From Pseudovirgaria hyperparasitica (lineage: Eukaryota), in the NCBI GenBank assembly GCA_010093815.1, contig ML996580.1: a DNA stretch of 64,000 nt, one strand, 5' to 3'. Shown piece by piece: positions 50,398-60,800 of the stretch (the stretch's first letter is position 1; each line of letters opens with the position of its first letter). Both the position numbers and the translations under genes were made by a program. The notes below the pieces were generated by a model. The model did no database searches. It was not told the DNA's origin and was given only the letters and a program-made list of their open reading frames with translations.

Positions 50398-50630
50398 AAC
50401 ATCTACCTAAGTCGGTTTCATAAACGGCTGCGCCAAGCCAATCCCGCTGCAACGCGCCGCATCCACCCCTCGCTCTCAAGTCTCCAACATATCATAGCTG
50501 CATACCTTCACTGTTGCTAATACAACTTCAGAGGCTGGCCTTTGAAATTAACAGTGACTGCTGTCAAGCTTGTACTTCAGCACCTTAGGCGATTTCCGCG
50601 TCGATCTGTGCCTTTTCTTCCTGCTTCACC

Positions 50631-53059
50631 ATGGGGGTCTCCATAATTGACATACAGCGGGACGGTAAAGAACTCCCTTTCTTACCTGGCAAACACTCCC
50701 ACTGACATGTGCATATACAGTTATCCTTGACGCTCTGAAAAATGCGTCTCGTGGCGAAGTACGTAAATGAGTAGACGATAGCGAACACTAGATCAGTCAC
50801 TGACTGAAATGTCCCAGTGGAAAGTCCTCGTACTGGATCCGACGAGTAAGAAGCTTGTATACAATGCTGTGAGAGAGGATGATATTCTGAATCTTCAGAT
50901 TACTAGTAAAGTCTCAACGCACTCAGTAATTTTTCGCGAGCTAACCGGTGCTAGACATTGAGCTCATTGATGAAAAGAGGCCAATGAACAAAGACATGGA
51001 TGCCATATACATCTTGACACCCGAAAGCTGGATAGTGGATTGTATGATGGCGGATTTTGAAAGACACAGGTATCGTAGTGCACACTTAATATGGACCTCT
51101 CGTGCGTGCACAATCTGAGACCATGTTTGTACCCAAATTTTAACGATGATATAGTTCCACCACCCGCTCTTCGAGAACGCATTGATAGATCTAGTACAGC
51201 CAGGGAACAGATCAGGGTTTTTAAGGTCCTGGACGCGGATTATTTCCCACGGGAATCTCACCTTGTCACCTTCCGCGACCCGTGGAGTTTTCCAATACTC
51301 TTCCACCCGGCATGTAACAACCTCGTTCGGGAGCATTTAGAAAAAGCCGCCAGTCAGATTGTAGCAGTATGCGTATCCCTGGGAGAATATCCAACGATTC
51401 GCTACTACCGCCCCCGTACCGCATCTCATGAAGCAGGAGTATTGTGTACTCATCTCGCACGTATGGTACAAGAGCAAATAGATATGTACGCGCAGTACCA
51501 CCCAGACTTCCCTCCGCAATCAAACCGACCACGAGGAGCTTTGTTCATAACCGATCGCTCGATGGATCTTGTCGCGCCCTTTTTGCACGAGTTCACCTAC
51601 CAGGCAATGGCCCATGACCTGCTCCAAATTAAGGACGGGGACAAAGTATCCTACAAGACGCTGATCAACGAAGGACAACGTGATGAGCAAGAGAAGGAGC
51701 ATGATATAGTGGAGTCCGACCGGATATGGGTAGAAAATAGGCATAGACACATGAAGGACACCATCGAGAAGCTTATGGGGGATTTTCAGAAGTTCATGGA
51801 TGAGAATCCACAATTCACAAACAAAGACGGTGGGAACGCCACCTCGCTCAATGCTATCAAGGACATGTTGGCTGGTTTACCGGAATTTCAGTCTATGAAA
51901 GAAGCATATTCACTGCATTTGAGTATGGCCCAAGAATGCATGAGCCTCTTTCAAAAGCAGAAACTGCCTGATCTCGCGTCCGTGGAACAGGTACGTCATT
52001 GAAGCTCTCCTCATTCAGTAGACAAGCTGACCTAGGTAGTCACTCGCAACAGGTCTTGACGAAGACTATCGAAAGCCGAAAAATCTCGCGGATCAGGTGG
52101 TCCGCACTCTCGATGAAGAAAGCATCAAGCACCCTGACCGTCTGCGCCTCATCGCTCTGTATCTACTATACAAGGACGGCCTTCTCCCAGCCGATCTCAT
52201 GAAGCTCTTGGCCCACGCGCAGCTGCCCCCACAGGACGGCGAGGTCTTACATAGCCTCGAGCTACTAGGAGCTCGAGTATCAAGGCCGCTAAAGGACACG
52301 AAGAGTGCCCCCATTCCCCTGTTCCCGCGTAAACCCAACGGAGCAAACAATCCCAATCAAGAAGAATATGCACTCTCTCGGTTCACGCCTGCTCTCAAAT
52401 ATCTCCTTGAAGATCACGTTCGTGGTGGACTTGATCAGTTAACATTCCCCTTCACTAAACCACAAGTAGATGCGGCAGAAACGGCTGCGCTTGCCCAAGA
52501 GTCTGCCCAAGCTGCATCATCACTTCGATCCGCAAAACCTACTTGGGCCAAGTCCAGACTATCCTCTGTCGAACCCAGGCAACGCATTATTGTCTTTGTT
52601 GCAGGGGGTGCTACGTATTCGGAATCGCGCGCGTGTTACGAAGTGTCGCGGGCTACTTCGCGGGACGTCTTTTTAGTGACTTCCCACATGCTAACACCGG
52701 GTCTCTTTATGCGCCAGCTTGGGGATCTTGGTGTTGACAAACGTCGGCTTGGTATACCAGCGGAGCAACCGAAGCGCAAGGCGCCAGCGCATCTTTTTGA
52801 ACCGGAAGCACAAGCTAAACCTATCGTATCAGCTGGGGCGCAGCGTCCTGGTGGTCTTCCGAGCGGACCAGCGCCCCCGACTGCTGCCATGGGTAAAATC
52901 TCGCTCAGTGCCGGGGCTCCCCAAGGACGTTCTGCAGCAAATGGTACGCCGTCTGCTGCTCTAGCTGCTGCCCAGCAAGCATCCAGCGGAAAGATTTCTG
53001 GGAAGGAGAAGGATCCAGACAAGAAGAAGAGACATCACTTCTTTGGCTCCAGAAAGTGA
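50631..53059 (+). CDS. SEC1: Sec1/Munc18 family exocytic SM protein Sec1
   Basis: ATG 50631 and several short 5' exons (WKVLVLD, MDAIYILTP); YFPRESHL, VCVSLGEYPTIRYY, DRSMDLVAPFLHEFTYQAMAHDLL, HRHMKDTIEKLM, RIIVFVAGGATYSESRACYE. Confidence 0.95.
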
Positions 53060-53308
53060 AAGATCGCCTATAAACTACTTATTTCCGCCATATATTCAGC
53101 ATTGTATCGGAGCGCACGGAGTCTTGGAGCATAAATACTCGGTACAATCAGAAGGCGTTCAGTAATCTGCCATAACGGCGAATGATACCATTTGTCTTCA
53201 GAGTTAGGTACTGTCTTCCAAAAGCGTAAATACGTCACACAACCACGGTCACGCATATGTTACTTGTATACCTTATTTGTAAATTCTGTGCCTTGTTATA
53301 GTGCGGCC

Positions 53309-54850
53309 TCAAAGTGTCGACCTTGGACCCAGCATGTTCATTACTTCTCTGACTGCACGCTCACCGGTCTCCAACGCGCCCTCCATATATCCTTTCCATT
53401 CTGTCGCGAACTCCGTCCCAACAAAATGAAGATTTCCAACTGGTTTGCCATACACATCTACAAACTTGGTCAAATGACCAACAGCAGTTATAGGTGTCAA
53501 AGCACCCTTGCTAAACTTCTCCTCCATCCAGACCTGGTCAAATATCTCGATTGGACGCCACACCTCCGAGTCCCGGTCAACTTTGTACACCTTGGCAAGC
53601 TGCTCGAGCACTACCTTGCGGCGCTCATGTGATCGTAGTCTGCTCCAATCGCGGCCGAATTGACCATTTACGAAGCACGTCAGTGAGAACTGGCGCTTCT
53701 CGTCGACGCTGGTATCACGAGCCAGGTTTACTGGACCATTAAAACTCATAAAAAAGCCATTGTAGCCCTGGTCTCGCCACCAAGGGCGGTCGTAGCAAAC
53801 GATCGCCTTGTTGTAATCGCCTAGTCGTGTCGAGTTGTAGACCTCTTGAGCTCGGGGCGGTAGTGGAGGCAAGATATTGATGTCTTTGTATAACGTGGTC
53901 GGGAGGGACAGGATACACTTCTTGCCCTGAAACGTGTTACCATTTGTCGTGATGACCGACACGTGCCCGCCATGGTCCTGTATCGAAGCAACAGGCGATG
54001 AGAGGTGTATGTTGGCATGGCCGACCAGACCTGCGATCCCTTCGACGATGGCGGACGTCCCTTTACACCAGTCAGTCAGCAGACAGTCCCTCGACCAGTT
54101 CAGTGGCACATTGCAAACAGCACCTTGGTGATAGCGCAGATACTGCCCGCCAGTCCTGTCGTCGGCACGGATCGCGAGCAGCCCGTGATTCCGCCTGCAG
54201 TAGTCGATGAAGAAGGCCGCCGATTGCTCGCTCGACTCGACCCCGTGCATGACCTGACTCCACAGATTCACCATCGACCGCGTCTTCGGCCGCGCGCCTA
54301 GATCTCGCACGTACTGGTCTAGCGTCACGGCGTCTTGTTCTTGGCTGGGGAGTCCGGTCTGCATCGACTCGGCCTGTATGTGGTCGCGCACACGCTCCAG
54401 GTCCCGTTTCTCCGCCGCGCTGAACTGCACATTCCATTAATACAAACAAGCAAGCACACACGTACGCACGCAAGCAAGCATAAAAAGGCCCGCTTCAGTC
54501 ACACAAACACACACATACATACACACCTCAGGCATAATCCCAAAGGGAAACTCCACCCTTCCGCCCTCGCCCTCGCCCGCGATCATAACCGCCTGCCCTT
54601 CAAGCCGCTGCCGCACCACATCCAAGCCAAACATCTGCGTATACCGCCACACGCGCTTCTGCATCGAGTCATTCACCCATGCGGCGCCCAGATCGACAAC
54701 GCCGCGGCCGCTGGCCAGTGGGACGGACCAGACTTTTCCGCCGAGGCGGTCGCGTGCTTCGACGACGGCGACGGTGAGGCCGGCCTCTTGGGCGGAGAGG
54801 GCGGATTGTAGGCCGCTTAGGCCGGCGCCGACGATGATTATGTCGAACAT
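53309..54850 (-). CDS. flavin-containing monoamine/amine oxidase (MAO-N-like)
   Basis: DIIIVGAGLSGL, EARDRLGGK, DLGAAWVND, KAIVCYDRPWWR, LHFVGTEFATEWKGYMEGA; two introns, the first containing AC/GT-rich simple repeats. Confidence 0.9.
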
Positions 54851-55573
54851 AGGGTGTTTGAGGTGGGGCGGGCCCTTTCGTTTTCGGGGTTTGGATTTAT
54901 GGATGGATTGGGTGGAATATGGGGTATAGGATAATGGGAAGGCTGGGAGGGTGTTGGTGTGAGGAGGAGGAGAGTTGGGGGTTTGTTCAGACTAATAATA
55001 CACACATGAAAGCTTTCTTCTTTCTAAAATATGCCTGCTACCATGCTGTGCTCTGATTTTAGACGACATGCGATCCCTTTGCTATCCGATACGTGTGCTG
55101 CGGCCTAGGGTGTTGTGCTGTTGCTTTGATTGAGAGTAATTGACTAGTCCGGAACGGGAAATATCTTGCGTACTCACGCACGAATCAAGTCGTGAGCGGG
55201 ACTCTTTGCGATGTTGTACAGAAGTGAGCAGACTGGTATATATCTCTATCCGGACTACATAAGCAGAGTACTCACCAATAACAGAAGGTGCAGGGGGTTT
55301 AACGTCTTTTATTGAGGTGGGTGGAGGAGTAGAAGATCATGGACCAATCGCGATCCGGGCCTAGCATCGCGAAAGTTGTCTCGATTGGGCAATGTGCTTT
55401 CATAGCCACGTCGGCTACGATAAAATATTTTTGAGGGATGGTGAGTTCTTGATTGACTTTGTCTACGATGCGCGAATTCATATTTCCCGGCCTTTTCTGT
55501 GATTTTCTTGTTGAGAGCTGTGTCTCCTATCCTATCCTACCTCCGGCTTGCTTGGAGCTCTCTTCTGCGAACG

Positions 55574-57247
55574 ATGGTAACCACGGTGCCTTCTCTACAG
55601 GACCAGTCTTTGTTTATTGGGAAGAATTATATCAATGGCCAATGGGTCGATTCATGTGGAGGGAAGACATTCAACGTCACAGGTACGTACGCGACATTGA
55701 AGTGTCAGATTGAATTGAGCAAGCACATTTTGACACCTCAGATCCCGCAACCGGCTTGCACATAGGCACATGTCCCGAGTCAACGGTCGAAGACGCACAA
55801 CACGCAGTCGACGCAGCAGCCGCTGCGTTCCCAGCATGGAGGTCGAAATCCGGGCGTGAGCGCGGCCGCGTCATACGCAGATGGTACGAGCTCGTGCTGG
55901 AGAACAAGGGCGATATTGCAACGTTGATAACGTGGGAGAATGGAAAGGCCCGGGTAGATGCGGCCGGGGAAGTCGTGTTTGCGGCGAGTTTCTTGGAGTG
56001 GTTCTCGGAGGAGGCAGCGAGGATTTACGGGGATGTGGTACCGCATAGCAATGCGCAGATGCGTGCTCAAGTCATTAGGGAGCCTGTTGGGGTTTGCGGG
56101 CTTATTACACCGTTAGTCTAGAGGGGTGATGTGTTGTAGTGACTGGTTGTGCTGATGGAATGTGCTGCAGATGGAATTTTCCAATTGCTATGGCGGCTCG
56201 GAAACTGGGACCTGCGCTTGCTGCTGGGTGTACTGTTGTGCTCAAGACAGACGGCCAAGCGCCGTTCTCTGGGAATGCCATAGCCGTACTGGCGGAGCGA
56301 GCTGGAGTGCCCAGAGGCGTCCTGAATGTCGTGACAGCATTGGAAAACACCCCGGCAATTGGCAAGTTCATGTGCGAATCAGACACGATACGAAAGATCT
56401 CATTTACCGGCTCGACGCGTGTTGGGAGGATCTTGATGAGCCAGTCTGCGCATACGTTGAAGGGACTGAGTCTCGAACTAGGCGGCAACGCACCATTCAT
56501 CGTCTTCAATGACGCTGACCTAGACCTGGCCATCGCCGGTACGGTTGCTAGCAAGTTCAAAGTGAGTGGACAGACTTGCGTCTGTGCGAATCGAATATAC
56601 GTCCAAGATGGCATCTATGATCGATACGTCGCCAAGCTCACCGAAGTGGTGTCGAGCTTCAAAGTTGGACACGGTTTCGACGCTGCTACGAGCCATGGGC
56701 CTCTGATCCATGCAGCTGCGGTCGCCAAGGTTCAGGAGCATGTCGACGATGCCGTGAAGCATGGTGCACGAGTCGCCATTGGAGGCAGGAAGATGCCCTC
56801 ACTAGGTGAGTAGAGCAGCCATCGCATTCTGCAAGGTAATGCTAAGCATTCATCTCCACAGGCCCAAACTTCTTCGAGCCTACCATCCTAATCAACGTCG
56901 ACGACCGCATGAAGATCGCGAGCGAGGAAACATTCGGCCCAGTCGCACCGATATTCAGATTTTCAACAGAGGACGAGGTCATTGCTCGCGCCAACAACGC
57001 ATCCGTTGGACTTGCATCATATCTCTTCAGTCAGGATACCGGCACGCTGGCGCGTGTGTCGGAGGCGCTGCAGGCGGGGATGGTAGCTATCAACACGGGT
57101 GTTATTTCGGACGCGTCGGCGCCGTTTGGAGGAGTGAAGCATTCTGGGCTTGGGCGCGAGGGCAGTCGGTATGGGATGGAAGACTACATGCAGTTGAAGA
57201 CGATTATCACTGGCAATGTTAAGGTCGTTCATCGCGCACAGCTCTAA
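55574..57247 (+). CDS. succinate-semialdehyde dehydrogenase (GabD/Uga2-like ALDH)
   Basis: YINGQW, EWFSEEAARIYGD, GLITP/WNFP, FTGSTRVG, LELGGNAPFIVF, catalytic GQTCVCANR, EETFGP, SGLGREGS; three introns. Confidence 0.9.
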
Positions 57248-58165
57248 GTCCTGACTGTGTGTGGGACCTCGGCCGAGAGGAGTGAATTCTCTTGGGTCCT
57301 TGGCATATGTCTCATGATTCATGCTACACAGAGGCACTACATTAAAGATGCTGATGGTTTTTGCTATAATTCCAATATGGATTGCACAATATCCACTTGG
57401 GGATATGATGGAGCTTCGAAAGAGCTCATGGCGCTCTTTCAGCCTTACGAGGCAGATCAAATGGTCGTAATGCTAGACAGTCGTGAGCACAGGCTGGCAG
57501 TGCTCTGTATGAATCAGTAGCTCATGCTGACGTGCATCATATGTCTACCCTAGTCCATGTCGTATAAGGCCGCCGCCGTCGAGTGTCGGATGTTATTCCG
57601 GGGGGAGGGGGGACAAAGGGCCCAAAAGGCCCGAGGGACAGTGACAGACGGTGAGTATTGGCCCTGCAGTGACATAAATCGTAGTCTATCTGCCAGCGTG
57701 CGAGAAGCATGCGATCAATCGCCAGGAGCTGATGCTGACTAGTTGTAGATGCACCATGAAGATTGTAGATGCGACCAGCTAGCAATTGCAGCGTATCATA
57801 GCCCATGCCAATCCGACAGCCCAGCAGACCTGTAGCCATGACATAACCATATTCGCAACCATACTTGGCAGAAGCCAGGGCTGTTTCCGAGGACGCCGCA
57901 GGATAATTGAAGAGTGAGAAACTGAGGAGACATGACATACATGACACGCATGTGGGTCCGGAGCTGAATCGCCAACGACTTTCACCAGCGACAGTAGTGT
58001 TCTCGAGCTGCTGTCGGTCTCGGTCGCGGTCGCTCGACGCTGTTTATTATAACTCGGTCTCTGTCTATTATTTCTTTACGTATTAGTCCACTCAGTGGGC
58101 CATGAAGCCCGTGGAGTGCCGGGAGGCTACGCCGCGAATGGCTTGGGCCCTAGGGTATCGTGGAC

Positions 58166-59641
58166 GGTATGTATCAGCGGGCCACACTTTTTTTTTACCG
58201 AGGGCACACACCTTAAAAGCATACTTATATATATTAAACCTACTTCCCCCTCTCTAAATATCCCTCTCTTTATATATAATACGTGCCTATCTATATATAT
58301 TTTCTCTCTTTATATAATAGCGTAATAGATAGCCTATCTCTAGATAGAGATTATTTTAAAATATACCTCTAGTTATATATAGAATAATCTCCTAGCCTAG
58401 ATTAAGTATATATATAGTATTATAGTATTCTATTATATACTTAAGCGCTATTTCTCTATATAGAAGATTTAAAAGGACTCTTCTTTACTTCCCTCTTCTA
58501 TATAAGAGAGTCTATATAAGAGAGTCTATACTCTTACCCTTAAACTAGCTCTTCTAGATACTAAGATTATTTAGATTCTTTAAGAAGAAGGGTTTAAGAT
58601 CTTATAGAGTTCTCTATATCGCCGTTATATAGATATAGATATTATATAAAAGGTACGAGGTATTAATATATAATAGACTAAAAGTAAGAAGATAATATAG
58701 CTTATATAGAAAGGCTTAGAGTTAGAAGTAATTAATAGATTTAGTTAAGGCCTACTCTATATATATTTTCTAGAAGCTAGAGTCTAGATTATATAGTATC
58801 TATACCCTTCTATCTATATATAAAGACTTATTCTAAGAATCTATCTAGAGATTAGCTATTTTAGACTATAAAGATCTTAAATCTAGAGGGCGTACGACGC
58901 CGCTATTATAATTTTTAGTACTATAGAGGCTAGTATATTATAAAAGATCCTAATTATATCTAGAGTATAGATAGGTACTATAAGCTTAGCTTATATAGTA
59001 TTAAGATCTATACCTATATAGATATATACTTAAGATATATTATCTAGGCCTATATTAGTATCTTATCTACTATAGTAGTTAGTTATCTCTTTTAGTTTCT
59101 AGAAATTTTAAGAATTAGAGATATCTAGTTACGCTTTATATAAAGTAATAGAGGTAGTAAGATAACTTATATAGTAAATATTTAGTAGAATCTCTACTAG
59201 GTTAATAATCTAGAGATTCTACTAAATTAATACTAGATATTTAGGATAAATATATCTAATTAAAGGATTAAGGCTTAGTAGATATAGCTTTCTAAGGTAC
59301 TCTTATTCTAATAGAGAGTATATATTATACGCTAGTATATTATACTTAGCTAATAGATATTTAGAACTTCTTCTTAGAGCTTAAGTAGAGGGATATCTTT
59401 AATATATAGAGTTATATAGATTAGTATAAGGAGGCGGGCTCCACGTACCAACCAACTATACTAAAAGGACCGAATCTTAAAGCTACTGCTTTAAGGGTGG
59501 AGTACACTGCTTATATATAACTACTACACACATGTATAATTAACTGGCAGGCACGTGCCTAACAATTAGATTACTATTTAGATAATCTATATTCTAATTC
59601 TCTACATAGAAGTTTTAAGCTTTATATAGATATAGAATTAG
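58166..59641 (+). mobile_element. RIP-mutated DNA transposon with a DDE integrase-core transposase (IS3EU-like, Clr5-like N-terminus), interrupted by LTR insertions
   Basis: Reversing C>T/G>A changes in one frame gives ILQEEGF, NPEGVRRR (58886 unmutated), GPNYIWSxDG (D at 58970), IDAYSRYI, SDRG (D at 59147), TSNQRIEAWW (E at 59270), and after the solo LTR IYIPIL..FVxxWN. Left boundary approximate. Confidence 0.75.
59425..59564. mobile_element. solo LTR (140 bp) with 5-bp target-site duplication
   Basis: TATAAG (RIP form of TGTAAG)...CCTAACA flanked by ATTAG at 59420-59424 and 59565-59569; removing it restores the transposase frame. Confidence 0.85.
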
Positions 59642-60800
59642 TGTTAGAACTTAGCCTTAGGTAGGACCCGACCTACACGTACCTTAGCTAACAGGGTTAG
59701 GAGGTAACGTGAAGGGCGGTAAACAGTTACGTGCTAGATAGATCGGCGTCCCTTTATATATATACTCTCGGATTCCTACTAAAAGGGTTTAGTAGTAATT
59801 CGTTCTATAATAGAATACACCCTATTATTCTATCTAACTATACTACTATCTAATAACCCTATTCTTATATTCGAATTACTCTCTATATAGTACTATAGTT
59901 AAGATAGTCTAACTAGAACCGAGAAGGTCGACACGATCTACTATAGGGATAAGTAATACTATATTAAATAATAGGGATCCTCTATAATCGGTATTAATCC
60001 TAGCCGTTTCTAACTAAGAAGTAGAAATATTAGACCAAATCACAGAGCTTTTAGACGAAGAAATAGTAGATACGCCAAGTAACTTCTAATAATATAAAGC
60101 CGGATAACGAGTCGTGGCGGAGCCACGCGAGGTATTATAATAAACTATTACTAAACTTTAGGAATACGTTACGAATTAGGCTTAAGAGATTTAAACCCTT
60201 AAAGAATAGATAGAACGCGCGAAACTCCTCGTAAAGAGACGAGAACTTAAGGAGTCTCTTAAAGAACTACGCCGAACGATAGTAGGTGGACGACTTCCTA
60301 TACTAATTTAGGCGGAATTAGTTTACCTACTATTAGAGTTACGATAATCTACTATATACCCAGCCGCTTCGTTACCGATTTACCCTACTCCTTCTCTAGA
60401 TATACTAAAATCTAAAGACCCGACTATATTTATAGGGAAGAACTAAAAGGAGTAGAAAGACTAGAAGAGAGACTACGAAAAGTACTTCCTCGATAACCCT
60501 CTACTCTTTTCTACTAAAGTATAACGTATTTCGTTCGGAGAACGATACCTAGACTTATAATCCCGCGATTAATAGGATAGATAGAAGGAAGTATAGCTAC
60601 TATCTACGATAACCTAGAAATATTTAGCTATATTTATACTAAATACCCTCGGAACGGATAGAGAACATAAAAGAAAGGCACTATCTAAGTTAAGAAGCGT
60701 GGCATAACGACCGAACTAGACACCTACTTAACTACTATAATACCTCTAAAACCTATAGAATAATATCCCTACGCTATAGAAAAATATTCGTATATTCTAG
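59642..60800 (+). mobile_element. LTR retrotransposon A, 5' part (LTR about 59642-59855 plus RIP-mutated gag)
   Basis: TGTTAG...CTAATA (RIP form of CTAACA) termini; gag-like frame at about 60408-60790 (KSKDPTxFxGKN..xKDxKRDxEKYFLDNP..QRPNQTP after de-RIP); cut at 60800 by element B. Confidence 0.7.

Noticed and set aside
8256..53059. Apparent endomembrane cluster (CHM7, VMA16, FIG4, VMA8, TRS85, SEC1)
   Set aside because: The genes are scattered over 45 kb among unrelated genes. Such genes are numerous, so chance is sufficient.
57257..58100. Short ORFs and CGG-rich repeats between SSADH and the transposon block
   Set aside because: No recognisable domain, including no Zn2Cys6 regulator, that I could support.
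58498..58529. Direct repeat CTATATAAGAGAGT x2
   Set aside because: It lies inside the RIP-mutated transposase frame and is best explained by RIP-driven convergence.
58200..59641. Starship captain (DUF3435 tyrosine recombinase) at the edge of the AT-rich block
   Set aside because: The de-RIPped translation shows DDE integrase-core motifs, not tyrosine-recombinase motifs.
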